64,000 nt of DNA. Origin: Leucoraja erinacea. Taxonomy: Eukaryota. A program made the position numbers and the translations under genes. A model generated the notes under the pieces. It was not told the DNA's origin and made no database searches. It worked only from the letters and a program-made list of their open reading frames with translations. Shown piece by piece: positions 45,990 through 59,712 of the stretch. The DNA is taken from contig NC_073390.1 in NCBI RefSeq assembly GCF_028641065.1, positions 16,182,001 to 16,246,000 on the forward strand, written 5' to 3'. Position 1 is the first letter of the stretch, and each line of letters opens with the position of its first letter.

Positions 45990-48900
45990 AGTAAATGAGG
46001 AAATTAGCACTGCATGTAACAGGAATAATACAGTAATGACTGGGGCTTTTAATCTTCAGGTAGGCCAGGTAAATACAATTAATATGAGCAATGTGGAAGA
46101 TTAATAATTGTGATACATATGGGGCAGATTTCTAAATCAATATGTTGAAGAACCGAGAAAGAAGCATACTAGTACGCAACAAGAAAAGATAATTAATCAT
46201 TTTGAGGTCAAGGCACTCCAGGAGAGAGTGACAGTAATATTGTAGAATTATACATTAAGATCAAAAGTGATGTCGTTCGATAAATGATGTGAAATCAGTA
46301 TTTTCAATCTTTACAAAGGAAACTATAAAGATAAAGGCAGCTTGGGAAATATAGTCGGCATGACTGAAAATGCTGGAACTTTTCAGCAGGTCAGGCCATA
46401 TATGTGGGATGAGTTAATATAAGCCAAAGCCCGTTCTGATAAGGGGTTGTTAACCTGAAATGATAAGGGGCTATTAACCTGAAACCTGTTCCTTTTCCCC
46501 ATGGGTGCGGTCTGACCTGCTGTATATTTCCAACCATTTCTTCTTCAATTTTAGATTTCTAGCATTTGAAGTTTTACTGAATTAAAATCGTGGAACTCTT
46601 GCCCCGACAGCATTGTGGGAATAATGACACTTCAAGGACTGCAAACATGACAAAAACAGCTCACTGCTGCCTTCTCATGAGCAATTAGGGCTGGACAAAT
46701 AAATGTTGGCTCTTCATGAGAAGCCCCCATCCCTTAGAATCATAGAGTCTTACAGTGTGGACAAAGGCTCGGCGGCCCAACTTTCCCACACTGACCAACA
46801 TGTCCCATCTACACTAGACCCACCTGTCTGCATTTGGCCCATATGGATCGAAACCAGTCCTATCCATGTACTTGTCTAAATGTATCTTAAACGTTGCGAC
46901 AGTACTTGCCTTAACTCTCGACTCTGATAGCTCGTTCCATACACCCACCACCCTTTGTTTGAAAATGTTACTCCTCAGGTTCCTAATAAATCTTTTCCCA
47001 TAATTTTAAACCTACGTCCTCCGGTTCTTGATTCCCCAATGCTGCGCAAGAGACTCTGTGCATTTACCCAATCTATTCCTCTCGTGATTTTGTTCACCTC
47101 TATAAGATCACCTCTCACCCCTCCTGCGCTCCAAGGAGTCCTAGACTGGTCAACCTTTCCCTAGAGCTAATGCCCTATAGCCGAGGCAATATCCTTGTAA
47201 ATCTTCTCTGCACCCTTTCCAGCTTGATAACATCTTTCCTATAACATGGTGCCAAAAACTGAACACAATACTCTAAATGCAGCTCCAACAACGTCTTATA
47301 CAACTGCAATTTGACCTCCCAACTTCTATACTCTGGAATGAATTAAAAAAAAATAGGTATAACATTGGACCGTAAGTAGAAATAATTTAAAGAAATATTG
47401 CAACAAATAAAAATCTTTGAGACACAAAAGCATGCGGAAAAATGATCTGAAAATGGAGAAATCAAGTATCTACACAAAATGTTATAAAGTTGCCAGATGC
47501 AACAGAGAATTCAGCAAACGACGACCAAGAAATCAAAATATAAAATATGACTGTTAAATGCTGAGAAACATAAAAACAAATTCAAAGTCCTTCCAAATGA
47601 ATGTAACAAAGAAAAGATCAGCACTGGCAAATGTGGGTTCTTCATTGATAGAAATGGGAGAATTAATAATGGGAATAATGATATGTTAAGAATTAAACAA
47701 ATGTTTTATGTCTGTCTGCAGGCAAGAATAAACAATATACCTCCTGGAAATATAGCAGAATCAAAGGTTTAGTGCAAATGAGGAAATAAAACCCATTGGA
47801 AAGAGAATGGTATTAAGGAGGTTAATGAGCCTGAACCTCTCATAAATCCCAAGAACTGATGATCAATATCCCAGGGGTTTGGAAGAGGTGGCTCTAGACA
47901 GAAGAAATGCTCTGATTACCACCTTCAAAAAATCTCTAAATTCTGTAATGGTTCCTGAGGATTTGCAGGGGAGCAAACATAACCCTATTATTTAATCATA
48001 GAAACATAGAAATTAGGTGCAGGAGTAGGCCATTCGGCCCTTCGAGCCTGCACCGCCATTCAATATGATCATGGCTGATCATCCAACTCAGTATCCCTTC
48101 TCTCCATACCGTCTGATCTCCTTAGCCACAAGGGCCACATCTAACTCCCTCTTAGATATAGCCAATGAACTGGCCTCGACTACCCTCTGCGGCAGAGAGT
48201 TCCAGAGATTCACCACTCTCTGTGTGAAAAAAGTTCTTCTCATCTCGTTTTTAAAGGGTTTCCCCCCTTATCCTTAAGCTGTGACCCCTTGTCCTGGACT
48301 TCCCTAACATCGGGAACAATCTTCCTGCATCTAGCCTGTCCAACCCCTTAAGAATTTTGTAAGTTTCTATAAGATCCCCTTTCAATCTCCTAAATTCTAG
48401 AGAGTATAAACCAAGTCTATCCAGTCTTTCGTCATAAGACAGTCCTGACATCCCAGGAATCAGTCTGGTGAACCTTCTCTGCACTCCCTCTATGGCAATA
48501 ATGTCCTTCCTCAGATTTGGTTAAAGATTAAAGAAGGAGGAAGAGACTGTTGACATTTTAGCCCAGGAAGATGTTGATATCTATAATGCAGGTTCATTGG
48601 TTTGGATCACTGGGATCACTTCTAGGGCAGAGTTGACCTGTACACGAGGGATAGTTTGCTCCTTAACTGGAGGGGGTCAATATCCTAGTAGGGAAATATG
48701 TAAGAAAAAATTGGAATGGTTTAAACTAGTCGGGCAGGATGTGTGAACCTTAGTAGTAATGAGGTAGATAAATGGTCGAAGCATATACGGAGGTTAAAGA
48801 GAGCAAGTTCCGTAGACAGTACTGGCAGGAGCACCGCAGAGACGAAGGAAAATCTGATGGCTAAAACTGCATTTACCTCAATGCAAGAGGCCTGACAGGT

Positions 48901-50540
48901 GAGGCAAGTGAACCCAGCCATAAATAGAAATGTGGGACTTTGATATTGTAGCTCCTACATAAATGTGGCTGAGGGATGGACAGGACTGGCCAGGTACAAA
49001 TGCTACAGGAGGGATTGAGGTGAAGGTAATAGAGGAGGAGGAGGAGATGGTGAAGATCATGGCGTGACTGAGAGAACTTTTCCTGGGGATCGCCGAGTGA
49101 GGCAAAAAGGATAGAATCGAGAAATAAGCTGGGGGGGCGATCACTTTGATAGGGTCGAAATACTGTCCATCAATAGTCAGCGGGAATTATAGGATGAAAT
49201 GGGTGGCACGGTGGTGCAGTGGTAGAGTTGTTACCTTACAGCACCAGTTCGATTCTGACCCGGGTACAGTCTGTATTGCGTTTGTACATTCTCCCTGTGA
49301 CCGCGCGGATTTTCTCCAGGTGCTCGGGTTTCCTCCCACACATCAAAGACATAGAGGTTTGTAGGTTAATTGGCTTCATTAAAAAAAAATGTAAATTGTC
49401 CTTAGTGTGTAGTATAGTGTTAGTGTACGGGGTGAGTGCTAGTCGGCGGGCTGAAGGGCATGTTTCTGTGCTGTATCTCTAAAGTGGCTAAATGGAGGTT
49501 CAACTGAGATGTACAAACCTATGGAGCAAGATTGGTCGGGGTATTGAGTACAGGAGGTGGGACGTCATTTTCAGCTGTATTGTGCAGTTCTAGTTGCTCT
49601 ACTGTATGAGTAGGTTGAAGTGTATATGTATATCATTAAACTGGAAAGAGTGCAAGAATGATTAATGAGGACATTACCAGGTCTAGAGAGTTTGAGTTAT
49701 GAGAGACTGGATATGTTGATTTTTATTCTCTGAGTGTTGCAGGCTGAGGGATGATCTTGTAGAGATATATAAAATAATGAGGGGCATAGACAAGGTGAAT
49801 AACCACAGTCTTTTTCTTAGGGCCGAAGAGTCTGAAATTAGAGGGCACAGGTTTAAGGCGAGAAGAGAAATGTTTAAAAGAGATCCAATGGACAACTTTT
49901 TGTCAAAGAAGATTAATGCATACGTAGAATGAGCTGCCAGGGGAAGTGGTAGGTACAGGTGCAACATTTAGTCGGTACTTGGGCAGGTACTTGGATAGGA
50001 AATGTTTGGAGGGATATTGACGAGGCGCAGTCAAGTGAGACTAGTTTGGTTAACCTGACTGAGTTGGCCTGTTGGCTTGTTTCAGTGCTGCACAGCTCCA
50101 TGACGCTAATAAAGTTGGCAAATAATACCACGATGGAGCAGAGTCTACATCTGGTATATTTGTTTTTCCAAAAGGGTTTCAGTAAGGTCTCATCGAGGAA
50201 GTTGTTGAACAAGGATAGAGCACATGGAATGGTAAATATATTAACATGGACTGTTGGCGAACAGATAGGAAACAATGAGCAGGATAAACAGTTTCATCAG
50301 TTTATGATTAGAGTTTACTGCAAGGATTGATGCCTGGTGCCTGATTATTCTCAATCTAACTCGAAGTTTTGGCTGAGGAAATCAAACATTATTTCCCAGC
50401 TTACTGATGATCATGAAAAGAATTGGGCATGTGAGAAGAATGGAGATGCAACGATGCTGCAAATAGATTTTGACCAGCTGATTGAATGATTAGCAACATG
50501 GCAAATGAAGTTCTATGTGGAAATCATGTGAGGTATACAC
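45990..50540 (+). mobile_element. Heavily decayed older CR1 sequence with younger insertions (CR1 46740-47335 minus, CR1 47997-48520 minus, V-SINE 49201-49483 plus)
   Basis: Scattered ORF2-like blocks are recognisable by similarity to the younger copies (e.g. GACTGGGGCTTTTAATCTTC, GGAAGAGGTGGCT, TTCCAAAAGGGTTTCAGTAAGGTC). No long ORF. Confidence 0.6.
47997..48520 (-). mobile_element. 5'-truncated copy of the same young CR1 subfamily as 4648-9157
   Basis: Near-identical to 4648-5163 over about 520 bp. A short plus-strand 3' end of the same family lies at about 44915-45023. Confidence 0.92.
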
Positions 50541-51183
50541 AGTGATATTACTTTAAGATGTTGATTACTTTTAAAAGAGAAATTTACAGGGTTTGTGACT
50601 CGTTAATACAGCAAATGATCTGGTCCAGTGACTCAAAACTTTAAAGAATGTCTCACCTGTGACTCCGTCCTAGATACAAGCGCTCAAGTCCATAATACAG
50701 CAAAAAATCAGATTCACCTTCGCTGCCTCCCTAAAAGGCGTGAGACCAACTGAAAACTCACAAAGCTTAAGGAATACTTGGTTGCTTACTTTCACAATTT
50801 CTGCTTCTTCACACAATTCATAGCAGCTAAAATCACAGTGGGTTATGTTTTAGATGCCTTTTCGTATTCTCTTTAAGCTCTAAGTATTACAATACATGTT
50901 AATATATGTCTCGGGAGTGTAGGAAGGAACTGCAGACGATGGTTTATACCAAAGATAGACACAAAAGGCTGGAGTAACTCAGCCGGTCAGGTGGCATCTC
51001 TGGAGAAAAGGATAAAGGTTCTGACCCTAAACGTCACCTATTCCTTTTCTCCAGAGATGCTGCCTGACCCGCTGGATTGCTGCAGCCTTATTTTGAGTCT
51101 ACCTTTAATGTTTGTCTTCTTCCCTATAACATATATAAAACCCTCTTCATTTCACCTGCAATCTCGCTCCCCCTGGTTATTTA

Positions 51184-51463
51184 CTTTAGTTTAGAGATAC
51201 TTGGGCCACAGAGTCCGCGCTGCCCAATGATCACCAGATCTATCCTTTTGTTTTACAGAAGCCATTTAACCTGTTTAACTGTCTTTGAAACATAGAAGGA
51301 AATTGCAGCACCCAAAGAAAATTCACGCAGTCACAGGGATAACATACAAATTCGACACAGGTAACACCTAGAGTCAGGTTCGAACCTGGGTCTCTGGCAC
51401 TGTAACCTGGGTCTCTGGCACTGTAAGGCAGCAACTCTACCGCTGCACCACTGTGCCGCCCCT
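51184..51463 (-). mobile_element. V-SINE with an internal 21-bp tandem duplication
   Basis: tRNA-like head at 51463. AACCTGGGTCTCTGGCACTGT occurs twice in tandem. Confidence 0.8.
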
Positions 51464-54400
51464 GGTTGATGATTAGTTTTTTGGAAATCAAGAACCTGCT
51501 CACATAATAAACCTTTCTATAGTCCATGTTTGGAAACTGGAGAAAGATCATAGATTTATTGGTGCATTTCACTTTCCCAAAGTACTTCAGAACAAAGTAA
51601 TTCACTTATGAAGTGCAGTTATTGTTATTATGTATATAATGCAGCAGTCAATTTGTATGCAGAGCAGTACAAACTGCAAATGAGTTAACTGGCCAGTTAA
51701 TCTGATTTATAAGTTCCCTTTGAGGAATAATTGATTGTCAGGACATTTTTAAACCTCTCCTACTCTTATTAAAATCAAGCCATTGGTTATTTTCCTGTCG
51801 ACTGGAGGATCGTGAAAAAATGTGACAATGTAGTGGTCCATATTTAATGTGCTAAAATGTTTATTCGGGTTTAAAACTATAACCTTCTCATTTACAGATT
51901 TTACATTGCGACAAGCTGCGATAATTAAATGTTTTCTGTGTGTGACAGTATTTTCACTACTGAATAAACATTCAATTTACATTTCTCTATTAAGCTCGGA
52001 CCTTTGACTCCTTTCGCACAAGTCTTCTTAGGGAACAGTGAAGTGGTTGAGGATTCCAGAATGTTGCCTCATACTGCAAACCGACAGAACATTTAGTTCA
52101 TAACATGTTATTGACATATATTTATGACATCAAATCCATTTACTGCACACGAGCAATCATCCATGAGGGTGTGCACGTATCTTTCCAAGTGAATTGTTTT
52201 GGCGATAGATACATGGATGATGTACTTCCAGCAACAATGCTCCTCTGGTAATACTAGCATTTTAAGACAACAAAATGGCTTAATTGGGGGGTGGGGAGGA
52301 AAGTCTGTTACAATGATAGCAAAACTATGAGAGTGCATGAATACCTAACATAACATTTTGGTCTTTTCTGGCTCTTATTGCAGATTAAGTGAACACTTGC
52401 TCTTATATCCTGGCACAATACTCATTCCTGAAACATTTGGAAAACCAGGACAGTTACATCAGACTCCTATTTATTGACCATATCACCACTTTTAACTCCA
52501 TAACCCCAGCCAAACTCATCTCCATACTCCTGGATCCAGGTCTCAACTCCCCACTCTGTAACTAGATCCTCAACCTTCTGAACCATACACTGCAAACAGC
52601 AAAGATACGCAACAAAGCATCCCCCACGATAATTCTCAAAACCAGTGCCCCGCCAAGATCCATTAGGACAGAAGTGAGAGGAGCAGAATTAGGCCATTTG
52701 GCCCATCAAGTCTACTCCACCATTCAATCATGACTGATCTATCTCTCCCTCCTAACTCCCATTCCCCTGCCTTCTCCCCGTAACCCTTGACACCCATAAT
52801 AATCAAGAATCTATCTATTTCTGCCTTAAAAATATCCATTGACAGCATCCACAGCCTTCTGTAGCAAAGAATTCCACTATTTCACCACCCTCTGACTAAA
52901 GAAATTCCTCCTCAAAGGAACGTCCTTAGAATGAGGCTAAAACTCAAGTCCTAGACTCCGCCACTAGTGGAAACATTCTCTCCACATCCACTCTATCCAA
53001 GCCTTTCATTATTCAGTAAGTTTCAGTGAGGTCCCGCTCATCTTTCTGAGCATTCTCAGCCCAAAGATAGGTGGGTAACAACTCAAAACGTGTCTGAAGA
53101 AGGATCTCGACCCAAATCATCACCCATTCCTTCTATCCAGAGATGCTGCCTGAGCCGCTGAGTTTCTCCAGCATTTTGAGTCTATCTTTTGTGAGAACCA
53201 GCATCTGCAGTTTCCTCCTATGCATTCTCAGCCCCTTACAACACCCACTATACATTGACCACTGTGTGGGCAATCAGCTCTAACTCCATTTATATGTTTG
53301 CAGATGAAGCCACCATATTGGGTCGAATCTCAAACAATGGAGTACAGGGAGATAGAGAGCTTTGTAAAATGGTGTCAAAAAACAAACTCTCAATGCCAGC
53401 AAGATGAAGGAGTTAGTCACTGATTTCAGGAAACACGGTTGTGTGTACACACACCCAAGTCAGTATCTATGGTGCTGAAGTGGAAATATTTGAGAGCTCC
53501 GATTTCCTGGGCATAAATGTCATCAATAGTTTGGACTGATACAAAAGTTGTAGATGCAGCCTAGTCTGTCACACAACGCAGCCTCCTCCTCCCAACCCTC
53601 AATCAACTCTGTCTACACTTCACACTGCTTCAGAAGATCGGCCAACTCAATCAAAGGCGACATACAGCATTCTCTCCGGTCCCATCACAGAGATGACACA
53701 AAAGCTTGAAAGTACCGCCAGATTCAAGAGCAGCTTCTTCCTCGCCTTTATCAGACTTCTGAACAAGCTAACGTTGTCGTCCTAATCTCACACCCAAGTT
53801 GGGTGCGGCTCTTGTGCTTTTGTCCTGCACTTCTCTGTTGCTGTAACGCTATATTCTGTACTCTGGTTATTTATATCTTTACATTTCCCATTGAACCTGT
53901 GTATAGCTTGATTGTAAGGCCTGTATGGTATGGTTTAGCTGATTACCTTGCAGACATTTTTCAATGCATCTTGGTGTATGTTTCAAGAATATAGCTATAC
54001 CAATAAAATGTTTGCAGCTGAAAGGAGTGGTTGGTCAAAATGTCTGGGAATAAATGATTAAGCATAAAACAAAGGAGAATAAAACAAAAAATGGCTTAAT
54101 CCCCCATCACCACACTCATACAGTATCTTTCTCCCATCACCCTGTTCCTTTCTACTCTTCTTTCTACTAATCTCTCACTCTTGCTTTCTCCGAGTCCTCC
54201 ATTTTTCTTTTATCCCCCCTGTTTCTCCTTCACCTTCCAACAACTATACCTCCCTTCGGCTTCACATTTTATTCCTCCTCTTCCTTTTTATCTGCACATC
54301 TGTAGTCTCCATTTCACCTCTAGCCTATGTTACTATCTCCACTCGCCTGTTATTCATCCATCTATTTATCACTTGCCAGCTTGTGCTCCACCCCTCACCA

Positions 54401-54999
54401 CTCTTTACCACCTTTCTCCCATCTACTCCATTTGTTTGAAGAAGGGCCTTGACCCAAAATATTGCCTGTCTATTTCCCTCTACAGAATTTGCCTGACCGA
54501 GTTTCAAGCACTTTGTTTTTTGTTCAAGATTCCAGCATTTGCAGTCTCTTGTGTCTCTAAATGATTAAGAGTCATAGAATTTGATGATTTAAGCTGAGAG
54601 AAGTTCCCTGTGATGTTAATTTATTTTTCCCATCTTAAATACTTTGGCAAGATAAGAGACAACAACAGGATAAAATCTAGACAATTTATAAAATCTAGCA
54701 TTTATATTCTGTCACAGTACGTTTATGATACCAAATGCTACAACGATGGTAAAGATTGATATTCCAATTGAAACCATTAATTTTATCCATTGTTATCTAT
54801 GAACAACAGAGAATTTCAATTTTCATGATTAACTGCCTAATTAATCTACTTTAGAACATCAGTAAATTGATGAAATGGATTGTCCACTGTGCTGCTTAGC
54901 AACATTTACTCACCAATAATTCCTGCTCCATGATATCATTTGGGGGATTTGGTAAGACCACAGTCCCAGAACTCATTCTGGACTTTGGTCCAAATATAG

Positions 55000-57560
55000 A
55001 ACATAGTGCACAGGAGCAGGGCCTTCGGCTCATGATGTCTGTGCCAAACATGATACCAAACTAAACTAAGTGCTTCTGCCTGATCATGATCCATACTCCT
55101 CCATTACTTGTACATTCACATGCCTATCTAAAAGCTTCCTCAACCCCAATATCGTATCTACATCCACCTTGGCTGGGCGATCCAAGGACGACAGATAGCA
55201 CAATGGGCTAAGAGTTCGGCTGGCGACCGGAAGGTAGCCGGTTCAAATCCCGCTTGGAGTGCATACTGTCGTTGTGTCCTTGGGCAAGACACTTCACCCA
55301 CCTTTGCCTGTAATGGAATGTTACGGCGGCAGGCGCGGGCACACCGCGACGCCCTGTGTCTCCCTTTCAAGGGAGATGCTAAAATGCATTTCGTTGTCTC
55401 TGTACTGTACACTGACAATGACAATAAATTGAATCATTTTTCATCTGCTACTCTCTGTGTAAAATATTGCCCCGTAATCTTTTAAGCATTTCAAATCTCA
55501 CTTTAAAGCTATGCCCTCAAGTATTTGACTTTTGTACCCTGGGGGAAATGATTCTGACCATCTATCCTATCTAGGCATCATAATTAAAAAAAAATTCTAT
55601 TAGGTCTCCCCTCAGTCTCCAATGCTCCAGGGAAAACAATCCAAGTTCGTCCAATCTCTCCGTATAGTTAATACTCTCTAATCCAGGTAAACAACTTTGG
55701 TAATCTCTCCAAAGGTTCCACATTCTTCCTATATTGGGACAACTAGAACAGCAGTCTAACCTAACTTTTATAAAGTCGTGGACAAGGATTTGCAGATGTT
55801 GGTTTACCAAAGAAGTCACTAATTACTGGAATAACTCAGCGGGTCAGGCAGCACCTCTGGAGGACAAGGATAGGCGCTGTTCCGGATCGTACCTTCCTTT
55901 TCAGACTCATTGTAGTGAGAGGAAGCCAGCACTTTGTGTCCTTCTTTCGAAGTTTTATTAAGCTGCAACGTGACTTCCTGAACCTTATATTCAATGCCCC
56001 GACTGATGATGGCAAGCATACCACAAGCCTTATTTACTGCTCTATCTTTTAGTGTTGCTACTCTGAGGAAGCTATAGATTTGAACAACAAGAACCTCTGT
56101 ACATCAATGTTGTTACGGTTCCTGACATTAACTGCATGCTTTCCCCTTACAGTTGACCTCCCAAATTTCAACACCCCCCATTTGCCCAGATTAAACTCCA
56201 TCTGCCATTTTGCCACTCATAACTGTAACTGATCGAAATTCAGCGCATCCTTTGACAGCTTCCTCGTTGACCACAAGTCCACCAATTTTTGCGTTCCCTG
56301 CAAATTTACTAACCAATCCAACTACAGTTTCATCCAAATCATTTATTATATATTGCAAGTATCGCTCTGGCAATGGAGGGGGCCCAGGATAATTTTTTTA
56401 TATGGCAATGGGAAGAGGATAAAATAGTTAGCGACGAGGATATCCTCCATTACCTGAATGAGGCCACACACAGAGTGGAGGAATAGTCCCCTATATTCCA
56501 TTTGGGTAGCTTACAACTCAACGGTATGAACACTGAAGGTACACAAAATTGCTGGAGAAACTCAGCGGGTTCAGCAGCATCTATGGAGCGAAGGAAATAG
56601 GCGACATTTCGGGCCAAAACCGTTCTTCAGACTAATGGGGGGTGGGGTAGGTATGAACACTGAATTCTCCAATTTTAAGTAACCTCCATCTACCCCCTCT
56701 CTCTTTCCTATGCCCCCACCCATCCGGGTGTTCACCCATTTCTCCCACTATCCATCTCTCCCCCTCCCCTCTGTATCCACCCTCCGCTTTTCCATTTTAC
56801 TTCACTCTACCTCCGCCAGGTGGTTGATGGTTGTGAGTAGGAGACTGCCCTCTCGGATGCACTTAACATTTTCTGCCCCTTCTAAGCTGAGGTCCCAGTC
56901 AATATTGGGGAAGTTAAAGTCACCCACTATGACAACCCTATTTGTTTTAGATCTTTCCATGATCTGTCTACATATCTGTTCCTCTATCTCCTGCTGTCTA
57001 CTGGGAGCACTGCGGTATAATCCCATCAGAGTAATTGCTCTTTCCTCCTTGTTTTTAAGATTTACTTATATTGGCTCACTGGATGAACCCTCCAGGACGT
57101 CCCTTCTAAGAGCGGCTGTGACATTATCCCTGTAATGCAACTCTTTACCATCTTAAATCTCTTACCTCCTTGTCAATAATGTCTGAAACATTGAAACCAT
57201 GGAATATTGAGCTGCCAATTCTAAACCTCACAACCAAGACTTTGTAAGGGTTCCATCATCATAATTCCATCCACTGGACCAGGAACCAAGTTCATTGTTC
57301 ATCTGCATTTCCCACAAAGCTCCTTACATTGAAATAAACAGACTTCAGCCCCTCGGAGGTGTCCTTGCCTGTCCTTTCTTTCAGACCTCTACCTTGTTAT
57401 CAATCCCCCCACTAGGTGACTTGCTGCTTGGTTTTCCATCCCCCTGCCACTCTAGTTTAAACCCTCCAGAGAAACACTAGCAAATCTCCCTATGAGGATA
57501 TTGGTTTGCCTCCAGTTTAAGTGCGACCCTTCCCTCCTGTACATGTCCCAAAATGGAAGC
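55000..57560 (-). mobile_element. Decayed, internally deleted CR1 with nested SINE and Penelope pieces
   Basis: ORF 56802-57026 (LYRSAP...GDFNFPNIDW), ORF 56191-56373 (INDLD...SKFA), ORF 57452-57634 (esterase end SHLNW). Confidence 0.75.
55186..55437 (+). mobile_element. tRNA-derived SINE of a different family (CORE-like centre)
   Basis: A-box TAGCACAATGG (55196-55206), B-box GGTTCAAATCC (55240-55250), then GTGTCCTTGGGCAAGACACTT and the tail GACAATGACAATAAATTGAATC. Confidence 0.75.
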
Positions 57561-59712
57561 AAGCCCATTGATCCAGTAGTGACCAGTTGTATTTGGGTCT
57601 GGTTTGATTTCTGACTGGATAGCATGCAAAACAAAGCTTTTCACGGTACATACTGTAGATACAGATTACAATGATAAACGAATATCAATACCAATACCAA
57701 AGCAGATGGGAAGCTGGAAATTATGTGAAAATTAAGCACTCCCCTGATAACCTAAAGCCATTTCACTGACTGCAAAGCACAAAGCAGGGGTGTGATGAGT
57801 ATTCCATCATTTGTTTGGATAGGTGCAACTTAAACAATGCTCAACACGTTTACCACTATACAGAAGATAGACACAAAATGCTGGAGTAACACAGTGGGTC
57901 AGGCAAATTCTCTGGAGAAAAGGAATGGGGGAGGAGGGAGGGTTGAAACTGGAGGTGGGAAAAGGCCAGAACAAATCAGATGATCTCAGGAGGGGTGGTG
58001 TCCATAATGGCCCATTGTTGGCTGGGGAAGATGTACTAACGAGAGGGATACAAGGACACGAACAGTGAAACTAGTAGGATGACAAGGGTGGGGGTGGGGG
58101 AGGGGGGGGGGGGGGGGGGATGGAGGGAAGGAATGCAATCCACCGTTATAAACGTTGATGAGTCTAATTTCAAGTAATTCCTTGCATTCCCACCCCCACC
58201 ACCCACCACCTTAGTTGGCTTGGAATCTGCAGACTGCCATCGGTAGGTGGCATGGGAGGTGGTGCATCACTTCCACATTTTTCACTTTGCTTCCAAATCC
58301 TTCCATGTTCGATTTTATCATTGCTAAGCCAAATAACCCATCTATCCTTTTATCAGTTTCAGGTCAGGGATTCCTTAGAGTTGATGAGGGTTTTCCTTTG
58401 AACATCTTGCCAAATAATGAAGGTGGAAGAAAGTAGCTCATCATCAACTCCTCAAGGTGTATACAGTAAATGCTGATCTTGTCAGTGAGGCTCTCATCCA
58501 TATAAACATGAGCAAACAAAAGAAATGTTTGATCTCAGTAGCTTCCTTTCCTTTATAGTTGCTTCCTTCCTTTAATGAGGCACAATGCTGCCACGTTTTT
58601 ATATTAAGGTGTCATGGTTATAATAATCTTACTAAAGTCATGGGAGTTTTAGAAGCTTTCCTACTAAAACCAACAAAAAGGAAGTTTTTTTAGAAAAAAT
58701 GAAATCAACTTCCTTTAAATTGGATGTGTTAATTGAATGAGCAGACATTTCCTGTGCATATTTCTTGTCATCCCCAAGCTTTTATACATTCTCATTTCAA
58801 ATCCACTCATGTTGATCTTTTGGAAGTAACGTGCTGTGCATATTAACTATAATTTCTATTCATTTGAAGCAGAGTCTTTTTCAGTATCACAAATGAAAAG
58901 AAGTTTATCCTCCCAGTATCAGGCAACAGAACCACTTTATCAACAACTAGAGAGCCATCCTGAGCTACTATCTACCTCATTGGAGACTCTTGGACCACCT
59001 TTAATCGGACTTTACCTTGCACTCAATGTTATTCCCTTTATCATGTATCTGTACACTGTAGATCGCTTGATTGTGATCATCTATTGGCTTTTCGCTGACT
59101 GGTTAGCACGCAACAAAAGCTTTTCAATGTACCTCAGTACATGTGACATCAAACCAAATTAAACTAAACTAAATTAAACAAAGTCTTATACATTAACTCA
59201 AAGTTTTGCAGAATAGTGGTAAAAAAAAGCTAAGCAGATTTGGTCAGAGACTATGAAACACTGTGCTCTGCTGGACTGACAGTTCACAGCTTGAGTTGGA
59301 ACTCTATTCCAACAGGAACAGGATTCTTGCAGTTTAACTGTTGTTCCAATATTGAAGCCCACTAAAAAATGCCAACAGCTGTTCATTTACCTTTGCCTAC
59401 ATTACTTTATCCACTGTCATCCAATCATTAAAATAATACTTCCAATTCTGACTTTTTTGGTCATCAGCAATTATGAAACTGATTTGAAAGAAGCAATCAA
59501 GTATTTACTGAACTGATGTATGATTCCAGCATTGTTTGTTTTATTTCACATCATTTCGCAATTTAACTCTGGTTGAGGCACCATACCAAAATTAATTACC
59601 ATTCACTACTTACAAAATTGAAGAGCAAACCTTGCCATTTATAATAATCATGTTAAAAATGGCAAGCTCAAAGGCATGGAATAGTCTACCTTCTACAGCA
59701 GGGAAATTGACA

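Noticed and set aside
55186-55260. tRNA gene
   Set aside because: The A and B boxes continue into a SINE body and LINE-like tail. This and the V-SINE heads are tRNA-derived, not tRNA genes.
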